A stretch of DNA of 64,000 bases, from assembly GCA_002269645.1 (NCBI GenBank), contig NIVC01000404.1, positions 186,488 through 250,487 of the forward strand, given 5' to 3'. Below the pieces are notes generated by a model that saw nothing but the letters and a program-made list of their open reading frames with translations, had not been told where the DNA came from and searched no databases. This document shows, piece after piece, positions 1 through 12,894 of this stretch. The DNA comes from Macrostomum lignano (taxonomy: Eukaryota). Each line of letters begins with the position of its first letter. The first letter of the stretch is position 1. A program made the position numbers and the translations under genes.

Positions 1-3000
1 GGACACCTCCGAGGACTCGAGTTTGACGAACACGACGTCAGCTACGAAGGACACGGCGATAACGACCGCGTCCACAACCTGCGGTGTCGGGAGTGTACGG
101 AGTGGAGGGGAGGAATTAGAGAGGGAATTTAGGGATCAGTGTGAGGATTTGAAGTCAGGGTTTTGTGTCTAAAAAGATTAGGGATCACAGAAGGAGAGTA
201 GGGATCAGAGAGGGAGATTAGGGGTCAGAGAGGGAGATTAGGGGTCAGAGAGGGAGATTAGAGATCACAGAGGGAGATTAGAGATCGGAGAGGGAGATTA
301 GGGATCAGAGAGGGAGATTAGGGGTCAGAGAGGGAGATTAGGGGTCAGAGAGGGAGATTAGGGGTCAGAGAGGGAGATTATTGATCACAGAGGGAGATTA
401 GAGATCGGAGAGGGAGATTAGAGTTCAGAGAGGGAGATTAGGGGTCAGAGAGGGAGATTAGGGGTCAGAGAGGGAGATTAGAGATCAGAGAGGGAGATTA
501 GATACCAGAGAGGGAGATTAGGGATCAGAGAGGGAGATTAGGGGTCAGAGAGGGAGATTAGAGTTCAGAGAGGGAGATTAGGGGTCAGAGAGGGAGATTA
601 TTGATCACAGAGGGAGATTAGGGGTCAGAGAGGGAGATTAGAGGGTCAGAGAGAAAGATTCGCGATCAGGAATCAGGAATCAGGATCAGGAAGATTAGGA
701 ACCGGAGGTAATCCTGAACTTCTGAGTAATAAATCCCGAACTCTAGTATTTACCGTACCTCAAACCTGTCGCGCAGAAACCCCCTGCCCAGGCAGACAAT
801 CTTCAGGGCCACCTCGGAGACGAACAGCGCCAAGATGGCGATGCTGACGAAGTGCAGCACGGCGGAGGCCGAGTGCAGCAGACGGGCCTGGCTGAACTCG
901 AAGTGGAAGCTGCTGAACAGCGACGGCCCGCTGGAGTTGCTCGGCGAGGCTGGCGCCGAAGTCGACGCTGAAGAGGACGAGTTGACGCGAGCGTCTGACA
1001 GCGCGGTCACGATGGCGTTCATCCCGGAGGCCAGCTTCTCGGCGAACTGAGGCGCCGCCAGCAGCTGCTGGGAGAACTCGGGCAGCAGGAGGCCGCGCTG
1101 TGCCAGCGGCTTTGAGAAGCTGCGATTAACGAAGGCGGCTGTTCGAGCGAACGCGGACTCGAGTTCCTGCTTCTCGCCTGGCGAGGAGGATTAGAGATTA
1201 AGGATTAAGGATTAGGGATAAAGGATTAGGGATTAGGGATTAGGGATTAGGGTATAGGGATTAGAGATTAAGTATTAGGGCATAGGGATTAGGGATTAGG
1301 GAATAGGGTATATGGATTAAAGACTAGGGTATAGGGATTAGGGATTAGAGATTAGGGTATAGGGGTTAGGGATTAGAAATTAGGGTATAGGGATTAGGGA
1401 TTAGAAATTAGGGTATAGGGATTAGGGATTAGAGATTAGGGTAAAGGGATTAGGGATTAAGGATTAGGGTAAAGGGATTAGGGATTAAGGATTAGGGTAA
1501 AGGGGTTAGGGATTAAGGATTAGGGTAAAGGGATTAGGGATTAGGGATTAGAGTATGGTGATTAGGGATTAGGGATTAAAACGAGGGATTTGCCCATATC
1601 GGCGAAGAGAGGATTGAGTCTCTCTCCTCTGAGTAAGAAATAGAAGATTCATGACTCAAGCTTTAAACCAATACATCCCAGATCGAATCCATTTTTTTAA
1701 ATATCGTTAAAAACAAACAACAGAAATTAGCATAAAAATTTAAACTCAGCAGACAGTAAATTATAATAGTTAGAATGTTTCGAGAAAAAATCGATAAGAA
1801 AGTCCGATAAACTATACGAAAGCAGTTGGGTTAATTTCGATAAGAATTCGATTTCGAATCAGTTTCAATGCACGACTCAGAATAAAGTTTCAGCTGCATG
1901 GTGGGAAAGGTCACCGGGGCTTGGGCTGCCCGCGCAGCACTTGCCCAGTGCTCGAGGCCTTTGAAACTTCACGATAGCAATCTGAACTCTTAAGATTTAT
2001 GTCTTTTCTCAGATCTCTATTCTCCTCTCTCATCTCTCACCTCTCCTCTCTCCTCTCTCCTCTCTCCTCTCTCCTCTCTCCTTTCTCCTCTCTCCTCTCT
2101 CCTCTCTCCTCTCTCATCTATCCTCTCTCATATCTCCTCTCCACTCTCCCCTCTCTCCTCTCTCCTCTCTTCTCTCTCCTCTCTCATCTCTCCTCTCTCT
2201 CTTCTCTCCTCTCTCCTCTCTCCTCTCTCCTCTCTCATCTATCCTCTCTCATCTCTCCTCTCTCCTCTCTCATCTCTCTTCTCTCCTCTCTAATCTCTCC
2301 TCTCTCCTCTCTCCTCTCTCCTCTCTCCTCTCTCCTCTCTCCTCTCTCCTCTCTCCTCTCTCCTCTTTCCTCTCTCCTCTCTCCTCTCTCCTCTCTCATA
2401 TCTCCTCTCTCCTCTCTCATATCTCCTCTCTCATATCTCCTCTCTCATCTCTCCTCTCTCATCTCTCCTCTCTCATCTCTCCTTTCTCATATCTCCTCTC
2501 TACTCTCCTCTCTCGTATCTCCTCTCTCCTCTCTCCTCTCTCCTCTCCTCTCTCCTATTTCCTCTCTCCTCTCTCCTCTCTCCTCTCTCATCTCTCCTCT
2601 CTCCTCTCTCATCTCTCTTCTCTCCTCTCTCCTCTCTTCTCTCTCCTCTCTCCTCTCTCCTCTCTCCTCTCTCCTCTCTCCTCTCTCCTCTCTCCTCTCT
2701 CATCTCTCCTCTCTCTCCTCTCTCCTCTCTCCTCTTTCCTCTCTCCTCTCTCATCTATCCTCTCTCATCTCTCCTCTCTCCTCTCTCATCTCTCTTCTCT
2801 CCTCTCTCATCTCTCCTCTCTCATCTCTCCTCTCTCTCTCTCTCTCCTCTCTCCTCTCTCCTCTCTCCTCTCTCCTCTCTCCTCTCTCCTCTCTCCTCTC
2901 TCATCTATCCTCTCTCATCTCTCCTCTCTCCTCTCTCATCTCTCTTCTCTCCTCTCTAATCTCTCCTCTCTCCTCTCTCCTCTCTCCTCTCTCCTCTCTC

Positions 3001-6000
3001 CTCTCTCCTCTCTCCTTTTTCCTCTGTCCTCTCTCCTCTCTCCTCTCTCATATCTCCTCTCTCCTCTCTCATATCTCCTCTCTCATATCTCCTCTCTCAT
3101 ATCTCCTCTCTCATCTCTCCTCTCTCATCTCTCCTTTCTCATATCTCCTCTCTACTCTCCTCTCTCGTATCTCCTCTCTCCTCTCTCCTCTCTCCTCTCC
3201 TCTCTCCTATCTCCTCTCTCCTCTCTCCTCTCTCCTCTCTCATCTCTCCTCTCTCCTCTCTCATATCTCCTCTCTCCTCTCTCCTCTCTCCTCTCTCCTC
3301 TCTCCTCTCTCCTCTCTCCTCTCTCCTCTCTCCTCTCCTCTCTCCTCTTCTCTCTCCTCTCCACTCTCCTCTCTCGTCTTCTCTTTCCCCTCCTCTACTC
3401 TATCCTTTGTACTCTCTCCTCTCTCTCCTCTCTCCTCTATCATATCTCCTCTCTCCTCTCTCCTCTCTCCACTCTCCTCTCTCCTCTCTCCCCTTTCGTC
3501 TCTCCTCTCTCTTCTCTTCTCTCTCGTCTCTCCTCTCTTTTCTCTTATCTCTCTACTGTCCTCTCTCCTCTCTCCTCTCTCCTCTATCATATCTCCTCTC
3601 CTCTCTCCTCTCTCCTCTCTCCACTCTCCTCTCTCCTCTCTCCCCTTTCGTCTCTCCTCTCTCTTCTCTTCTCTCTCGTCTCTCCTCTCTTTTCTCTTAT
3701 CTCTCTACTGTCCTCTCTCCTCTCTCCTCTCTTCTCTCTCCTCTCTCATATCTCCTCTCTCATATCTCCTCTCTCATATCTCCTCTCTCATATCTCCTCT
3801 CTCTCATATCTCCTCTCTCATATCTCCTCTCTCATATCTCCTCTCTCATATCTCCTCTCTCATATCTCCTCTCTCATATCTCCTCTCTCATATCTTCTCT
3901 CTACTCTCCTCTTCTTTCATATCTCCTCTCTTCTCTCCTCTCTCCTCTCCTCTCTCCTCTCCTCTCTCTCTCTCTCTCTCTCTCCACTCTCCTCTCTCCT
4001 CTCCTCTCTCCTCTCTCATATCTCCTTTCTACTCTCCTCTCTCATATCTCCTCTCTCCTCTCTCCTCTCTCCTCTCTCATCTCTCCACTGTCCTCTCTCC
4101 TCTCTCCTCTCTCCTTTCTCTCTCTCCTCTCTCATCTCTCCTCTCTCATCTCTCCTCTCTCCTCTCTCATATCTCCTCTCTCCTCTCTCATATCTCCTCT
4201 CTCCTCTCCTCTCTCCTCTCTCCTCTCTCCTCTCTTCTCTCTTCTCTCTCCTCTCTCATCTCTCCACTGTCCTCTCTCCTTTCTCCTCTCTCCTTTCTTC
4301 TCTCTCCTCTCTCCTCTCTCCTCTCTCCTCTCCTCTCTCCTCTCCTCTCTCCTCTCCTCTCTCCCTCTCCACTCTTCTCTCTCGTCTTCTCTTTCCCCTC
4401 CTCTACTCTATCCTTTGTACTCTCTTTTCTCTCCTCTTCTCTCTCATCTACCCCGCCATTTCGTACAAGATTCTGTTATCTCACATTGCATTTATTAAAG
4501 TTCGCCGTGCACCACGTTAAGAATTATCACCAAAATAGCACCACCGCAAGCTGGTACAGAGAGCTACAAACACTCCTGCTAGGCTTTAAAATGAGTCCAA
4601 GATAAGATATCAAACTACCGTACTTTTAGTAGACTTGTTTGCAAATGATTCAGTCTTTACTTGCCTAAATTTAAATCATTTTATTGTTTTACTTTATAAC
4701 AAAAATACCTGCAAAATAAGGCAACGGTTTGAGAAAGATTATAGAGACATTTAGTGGGAGACGATTCTTGATGAGGGATTAGCCACTGTTGATAAGGGAT
4801 TAGCGATTGTTGATAAGGGATTAGCCACTGTTGATAAGGGATTAGCGATTGTTGATAAGGGATTAGCGATTGTTGATGACGGATTAGCTATTGTTGATGA
4901 GGGATTAGCGATTGTTGATGAGGGATTAGCTATTGTTGATGAGGGATTAGCTATTGTTGATGAGGGCTTAGCGATTGTTAATGATGGATTAGCGATTGTT
5001 GATGAGGGATTAGCGATTGTTGATGAGGGCTTAGCGATTGTTGATGACGGATTAGCGATTGTTGATGAGGGATTAGCGATTGTTAATGAGGGATTAGCGA
5101 TTGTTGATGAGGGATTAGCGATTGTTGATGAGGGATTAGCGATTGTTAATGAGGGATTAGCGATTGTTGATGAGGGATTAGCTATTGTTGATGAGGGATT
5201 AGCTATTGTTGATGAGGGCTTAGCGATTGTTAATGATGGATTAGCGATTTTTGATGAGGGATTAGCGACTGCTGATGAAGGATTAGTGATTGTTGATGAG
5301 GGATTAGCGATTGTTGATGAGGGATTAGCGATTGTTGATGAGGGATTAGCGATTGTTAATGAGGGATTAGCGATTGTTGATGAGGGATTAGCTATTGTTG
5401 ATGAGGGATTAGCTATTGTTGATGAGGGCTTAGCGATTGTTAATGATGGATTAGCGATTTTTGATGAGGGATTAGCGACTGCTGATGAAGGATTAGTGAT
5501 TGTTGATGAGGGATTAGCGACTGCTGATGAAGGATTAGCGATTGTTGATGAAGGATTAGCGATTGTTGATGAGGGATTAGCGATTGTTGATGAGGGATTA
5601 GTGATTGTTGTTGATAGATTAGCAATGGCTTTTTGGGAATTAGCCAAGTATTGATTTGAATAAATTCATTGGACTAAGAATTTAACATTAAAATATCTGT
5701 GGAACAATAACAAGGCATTATTCAGTGAACTTCCTTATAGAACAAAATTAGAGCATTGGAACAAAAGACAAAAAAGTCAGCGAACTCACTATTCAAAGCC
5801 TTAATCTCCAAAATGATCTCAGCAATCACCAACACGGCATCGATGAGCACCAGTGCGCAGAGGACAATCTGGGCCGCGTTGGACCTGATGCACTGCAGCA
5901 GCTTCTGCTTCCAGCTGTAGGACAAGGGAGCACGTATACTTTTGGGGAGTTATTATTATAATTCAATCCATAGACCAACCGGTAAGCTCCAATTATTAAA

Positions 6001-7624
6001 AAAAAATCCTGAAAGGTATAGACCACTATTGGAATCCCATTAGATCTTTATTAGAATGTCATTAGACCATCATCAGAATCCCATTAGAATCTCATTAAAT
6101 CATTATTCGAATATCATTAGACCATCATTAGAATCTCATTAGACCATCATTAGAATCTCATTAGACCATCATTAGAATCTCATTAGACCATCATTAGAAT
6201 TCCATCAGATCATTATTTAAATCCCATTAGATGTATATAATAGTCTCAATAGACCATTCCTAGAATCCCATTGAATCATCATTAAGTCCCATTAGATGAA
6301 CATTCGAGTCTTATTAGATAATCAATAAATCATTCCTAGAATCGAATCTATTTAGATTTTTGTTAGAATTCAAATAGATCCAAATTATAATCCCATTAGA
6401 TCTTTATTTGAATCCCATTAGATCATCATTAAAATGTGGTCAGATAACCACCAGCTCACTCACGTGGATCTTTTGGCCCGATTTTCGGCGGAGCCGAGCT
6501 CCGTCTGCAGCAGACTCAAATCGATGTTGTCCTTCTGCAGCTGCTTGATGAAGTTCTTGTTGTGCAGCCACCGGTACTGGTAGCCGCAACTGAGAGGATA
6601 AAGGGGTTTTAAAATTTGTAAATAAAAAAATTTAAAAATTATAGCAAATTAAACTTTGACAACAGAAGAGTTTTGTTACGAAAGTACAGATCTATTACTG
6701 TTAGATCTGAGAACTGTTCCTGTTAGATTCAACATCTGTTCCTGTTAGATTCAACATCTGTTCCTGTTAGATTCAACATCTGTTCCTGTTAGATTCAACA
6801 TCTGTTCCTGTTAGATTCAACATCTGTTCCTGTTAGATTCAACATCTGTTCCTGTTAGATTCAACATCTGTTCCTGTTAGATTCAACATCTGTTCCTGTT
6901 AGATTCAACATCTGTTCCTGTTAGATTCAACATCTGTTCCTGTTAGATTCAACATCTGTTCCTGTTAGATTCAACATCTGTTCCTGTTAGATTCAACATC
7001 TGTTCCTGTTAGATTCAACATCTGTTCCTGTTAGATTCAACATCTGTTCCTGTTAGATTCAACATCTGTTCCTGTTAGATTCAACATCTGTTCCTGTTAG
7101 ATTCAACATCTGTTCCTGTTAGATTCAACATCTGTTCCTGTTAGATTCAACATCTGTTCCTGTTAGATTCAACATCTGTTCCTGTTAGATTCAACATCTG
7201 TTCCTGTTAGATTCAACATCTGTTCCTGTTAGATTCAACATCTGTTCCTGTTAGATTCAACATCTGTTCCTGTTAGATTCAACATCTGTTCCTGTTAGAT
7301 TCAACATCTGTTCCTCTTAGAAAAGATCCAACATCTGTTCTTGTTAGAAAAGATCCAACATCTGTTCTTGTTAGATAAGCTCTCCAACATCTGTTCCTGT
7401 TAGATAAGCTCTCCAACATCTGTTCCTGTTAGATAAGCTCTCCAAAATCTGTTCCTGTTAGATAAGCTCTCCAACATCTGTTCCTGTTAGATAAGCTCTC
7501 CAACATCTGTTCCTGTTAGATAAGCCAAAGATGAAGCTGAAAATCAAATATATTCATATTCTGGGCACACTTACCGCCTTCTACTCAAAGCGATGTCGCC
7601 TCTCACTTGCGAATATATGAGCAT
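1..7624 (-). CDS. HVCN1: Voltage-gated proton channel Hv1-like, multi-exon, 3' part (S4, C-terminus) beyond the left edge. Exons: 7575-7624 (tentative first exon), 6464-6589, 5790-5914, 759-1177, <1-78
   Basis: The exons join with GT-AG boundaries and consistent phases. S1 reads IVLCALVLIDAVLVIAEIILE, matching human Hv1 LVVLDALLVLAELILD and keeping the selectivity Asp. S2 reads LHFVSIAILALFVSEVALK. S3 reads RFE|VVDAVVIAVSFVADVV (human KFEILDAVVVVVSFILDIV). The comparison to human Hv1 is from memory. Confidence 0.9.
190..655. repeat. 20-bp minisatellite (GGGGTCAGAGAGGGAGATTA)n in an Hv1 intron
   Basis: About 23 direct copies visible. Confidence 0.95.
1190..1575. repeat. Degenerate telomere-like heptamer array (GATTAGG)n abutting the Hv1 splice acceptor at 1178
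   Basis: Repeated GGGATTA/GGGTATA units. Confidence 0.9.
2020..4450. repeat. CT-rich low-complexity satellite (CTCTCCT/CTCTCAT heptamer basis)
   Basis: Source of the spurious 868-aa SPLSSLL ORF. Confidence 0.95.
4770..5620. repeat. 21-bp minisatellite (GAGGGATTAGCGATTGTTGAT)n
   Basis: About 40 direct copies. Confidence 0.95.
6030..6430. repeat. Diverged CATTAGA-based repeat array in an Hv1 intron
   Basis: Recurrent CATTAGACCATCATTAGAATC units. Confidence 0.8.
6715..7522. repeat. 22-bp minisatellite (TCTGTTCCTGTTAGATTCAACA)n grading into a 29-bp variant
   Basis: About 27 near-identical copies, then about 5 variant copies containing GATAAGCTCTC. Confidence 0.95.
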
Positions 7625-8734
7625 AGTAGGTTGCAATGGTCTTATAACTTAAAACAATTATAACAATTTGTTGCAATAAAGTTTGAAATTAGGAAATATC
7701 CAGGTGAACTGTTAAGAGCTGTTAGGGAAGATGATAGCGCTTGCTGATGAGGCTCTGCAGTCTCTCTCCGGAAGTAGCCACGCGCATTCGCTCGTGTTTA
7801 ATAGAAAAATCCCCCCATTCTTCATCTGCAGCTTCCCTGTCCATACTGTCTCTCTCTCTATTCCATCCATTTTCTGTCCCTCTCTTTCCCCTTCCTCTTC
7901 AAGCTCCCCAATGCCCCCAGGTTGTCTCAAGGAGATCTTGCGACGTTAAACTTGGATTGGTAAAGGCATTTTCAATATTCTCCATCGTTATTCAGCTTCA
8001 TTTTCAGGGACATAGTTGAGAAATTGATAAAATTTAAAAGATTCTCCATTTATGGCCACGGCATAACGGATTTTGTCAATCCAATTGGGCAATCCGAGAT
8101 ATTTTCGTTCTCCTTGCGATTCTCGTTAACCTCCATCCACCTCGACATCACTCAGCCTCTCTCTCTCGTGCCTCTCTGTCTCAATTGAACAGCCCGCGCG
8201 ATGCATCGGGGCCTGAAGCAGCCTTCAAAGCCTGCCATTCTCCTCGATAGGCACAGGTGGTTACTGGGCCGTTGGGGACAATGAGATGGGGGGGATGGTT
8301 GAGTTGACTGGTTGAGCCTTCGGGGGCTCCACATTTGTCGGATAGGTCAATGAATTCACCTTGGTCACGTTTTGTTCTTGTATATTCACTGACGCGAATT
8401 AGTTTTTGCTGATGAATGCGTGTGTGGCTGTGTGGTTGCTATGCGCTTGTTTTTGACAGTTTTTTCTTTGACAATTCATGTCTTTGCTAACTGTCTGCTT
8501 TTTTATTGGATGAAGAAGAGAAGTATGAGTATAGGCTGCTCAGAGAGAATGCAATTCTGCAATTGTTTTTTTGGGGTGGCGGGGGAGAAACCGGCTTTTT
8601 TCCCGTGCAAGATTCTCTCTCATATTTTGCTGCCTGAGCGATCAACGTTTTTGTTAGAGATGTACTTTTAGAAGAGCTGAATTAGAGAGCCAGTTTTGAG
8701 AGCTACATGTAGAATGTAAATTGTCCGAATGATA

Positions 8735-9300
8735 AGGATGGTAATCCGAACAATAAATAGTGATAATGCAAAGAAGTATAATATTTCGATAAATAATTAT
8801 GATAATCCGATACGTAAATATCATCATAATCTGACACATTTTATGATAATCCGATACATAATTATGATAATCCAATACATAATTTTGATAATCCGATACA
8901 TAATTATTATAATCCAATACATAATTTTGATAATCCGATACATAATTATTATAATCCAATACATAATTATGATAATCCAATACATACTTATGATAATCTG
9001 ATACATAATTATGATAATCCGGTACATAAATACGATAACCCGATGTATAATTATGATAATCCGATGTATAATAATAATGATAATCTGATACATAATTATG
9101 ATAATCCAATACAAAATTATGATAATCCGATGCATAATTATGATAATCCGATACATACTTATGATAATCCAATACATAATTATGATAATCCGATACATAC
9201 TTATGATAATCCGATACATAATTATGATAATCCGATACATAAATATAATAATCCATAGCATAGTTCAGATAATCCGTATAATGAATCTTTATAATCCAAT
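8735..9300. repeat. 21-bp AT-rich minisatellite (ATACATAATTATGATAATCCG)n
   Basis: Direct copies; source of the YHNYVSD ORFs. Confidence 0.9.
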
Positions 9301-9752
9301 ACGTACCTACCTAATATTAAGCATGACAGTTTGAAACATAAACCTTGATAATCAATATCTTAATTGAATATTGATTAATGCAAGCCATTAACTGTGACAA
9401 TCAACAAGAGACTGTGAAACATTCTAAATGTTGTGAAAATTCCATAACTAGACTAAAATTCAATTGACTAAACAAGTAGAATGAACATCATACTGCTGCT
9501 ACTAATCTACCGAAATAAGTAGTATGATGCTGTACAAAAGAATTTTCCTATTTTTTTAATAACAATGTCTTAAACATTCCAGTAAAAGTAACACTATTAG
9601 CTCCCATATTATGTTATCCAATAAGGATGTGCCATTCTAGAAAGTTGGAACAAGTTTAACCCTCGTTCTTTGCATTTTTAGCTCGTAAATTATAAGATAA
9701 TAAAAGCATCACGATGGCTTACATTTAGTAGAAAAAAGTACAATATGATTAC

Positions 9753-10304
9753 CGCTTTGTACTACGAAACCGTTCTTTACATGCGCTTGCGAATGAGCGA
9801 ATGAGCGGAGAAAGCTGAGAGGGGAGAGAAGAGAGGAAGAGATGAAAGAGAGAATTTCATCTTGTGAGGGGAGACAGGAAGAGGGTGAGGGGAGACAGGA
9901 AGAGGGTGAGGGGAGACAGGAAGAGGGTGAGGGGAGACAGGAAGAGGGTGAGGGGAGACAGGAAGAGGGTGAGGGGAGACAGGAAGAGGGTGAGAGGGAG
10001 ACAGAATGAGGGCGAGGGGACACAAGGAGAGGGCGAGGGGAGACAAGGAGAGGGCAAGAGGGAGACAGGAAGAGGGCGAGGGGGAGACAGGAAGAGGGCG
10101 AGGGGGAGACAGGATGAGGGCGAGGGGGAGACAGGATGAGGGCGAGGGGGAGACAGGTTGAGGGCAAGGGGTAGACAGGAAGACGGCGAGGGGAGACAGA
10201 ATGAGGGCGAGGGGGAGACAGGAGGTGTACTTTGCGTCAGCGTGGGAACTCGGAGTCCTGTTAACCCTCACCTCTAGTCGATATCCAAATAGGGTGTTGA
10301 AACT
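9753..10304 (-). CDS. Two tentative upstream exons (10272-10304 SFNTLFGYRLE; 9753-9814 LSPLIRSFASACKERFRSTK), possibly belonging to the Hv1-like gene
   Basis: Both have AG/GT boundaries and open frames, and their phases (0-0, 0-2) chain onto the phase-2 acceptor at 6589. No homology recognised. Confidence 0.35.
9868..10220. repeat. 20-21-bp purine-rich minisatellite (GGGGAGACAGGAAGAGGGTGA)n
   Basis: Direct copies. Confidence 0.9.
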
Positions 10305-11036
10305 CTGTTTATTGAGGATTAGCAGAGCTACATACCCAGAGTCATGGCACTGGGTGTGGCTGGGGGGGTGGGTAAGAAAGTGAGAGTGAGGCAGGTGACA
10401 ACAGGTGAGTGACTGAGTGTGACAAGCCAGAGATATACAGTGGGACAAAAACATGAGGACAAAAAGTTCAGGCGTGAGAGAACTCAAATAAAGCGCGTGT
10501 ATGGCTGGTTGCTGGGGGGGGGGCAAGGATGAAGCTATAGGAGGAGGCTGGGGCTGGGAGACTTGAAATGCGGTTCGATCGATAATGAGACAGGAAGTGT
10601 TTAAAACTGTGGCAGTGAGGGTGGCTGAGAGAATGATGAGCAGGAGGAAGTGAAGCGGATTCAGTGTGGGAGAGACCGGTTAGCAACCAGGCAATATTAA
10701 AGCAATCATTGGCACGTGACAACCATTGAGAAGAATCCTGATTCATAACCTGAGCAGCTCACTGCTGTAGCGACGGCACTGACACTTTGTCAAGGATGGA
10801 CGCCAAGATGCACATTTCAAAAGAATGAAGGGCAGATGAGGAGAATTAATGAGGGAAACAAGGTGGAAGCTGTGCAGGAAGTTGGAAGGGAAGATTGGCA
10901 AGGTACAAGTGAGTCAGAGAGATTAAATGAGAGATGAGAAAAGGAGAGAGAGAGGAGAGAGAGGGAGAGGAGAGAGAAGAGAGAAGGGTAGAGGCAAGAG
11001 TCCAAAGCACTGACGCGAAATGCCGACATTTCCATT

Positions 11037-11039
<3 letters not shown>

Positions 11040-11128
<89 letters not shown>
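11040..11128. repeat. (AG)n microsatellite
   Basis: About 44 perfect units. Confidence 0.97.
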
Positions 11129-11135
<7 letters not shown>

Positions 11136-11797
11136 AGGAGAGTGAGAAAGGAGAGGTGGAAGACGGAAGACGAAAAATGGAAGAGAAGAGAGAGGGAGAT
11201 GAAGAGAGGAGAGAGCGGAGAGGAGAAAAGGAGAAAGGTATAGACAGAGATAAGAGAGGGAGAGGAGAGGGAGACGGTGAGAAGAGAGAGGAAAAGGCGA
11301 GAGGAGGGTGGGAAGGGGGAAAGGGGAGGGAACTAAGCGCAAGTGCATAAGTAATCATGGAGTGAGATGGAATGCTAATGCAGTTGCATAACTGATGCAC
11401 CTAATGCATGCAGTAGTTACTTAGAACGAACAGAACGAACGGTCTTAATTGAGATTTCTGATCCAACGACCCGCATTATTCCAAACATACCACCAGAATG
11501 CACTGTTATGAGAATAAAAGTTAGTTTAAGTAACTCCATGCAATGTAGAAATTTTTGTATACAAAGAGCAAAGTGTGCTCTGTAAGCTGTGTACTTCAAG
11601 ATGTAGTTCAAGATGTTGTGGTGCTTATAATCGCTCCAAAATGACTTTATGAAAATAGAAAGAGAGAAAGAGAAATAGAAAATAAATATATATATACAGC
11701 TATTTTAGAGGCAAGAACGGAAACACTGGTCTCAGAGATTGTTGATAAAGAATGAGAAAGGGACCAGGAATAGAGTGCGACGGATGTTGACGATGGA

Positions 11798-12417
<620 letters not shown>

Positions 12418-12894
12418 CTAACCAATGGCCTGTGAGCAATTATGAGACAAAGGACAGCTAGAAATACACTAGAAACGCATCTAGAAACGGGCAAGTGAAA
12501 CCAAATCGGTCACCTTTCCTTTTTGCAATACACTGATTATTGGCTGAAAACTTCAGCAAAAAATCTGTAAGGCTTTAATAAGCTACAGGTGAGGCACTGC
12601 CTTCATCAAAGTTCTAATTAACTGGATAGGCACCCATAATCAGCTGACTAACCCGCATAAGCACAGGCCGAAGTCCCACTAATTATGAATTTTGAGAGCC
12701 ACTTTCAGACAATAAAGTAAAGCGAAAATTTAGCGCTCTTCTCAAGCAGCTTCTGTCTCCCTGTTATCGTGGTGCATGCGGCTGCCCTTCGAGTTTCGGT
12801 ACAGCAGTTGCTTGCTTAGTTGAAGCAGTCTGAACTGTCATTATCGATCGCTTTGACCTCGGCTGCCCCGGTGTCCTCTGTCCTCTTTTCTCTA

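Noticed and set aside
1999-4605. 868-aa ORF and the other long low-complexity ORFs (4751-5647, 20595-22116, 22566-24410, 35534-37250, 49718-52013 and others)
   Set aside because: They are translations of stop-free tandem repeats lying in introns, open in several frames and on both strands
6715-7522. Regular repeat arrays as CRISPR
   Set aside because: No unique spacers, no cas genes, eukaryotic context
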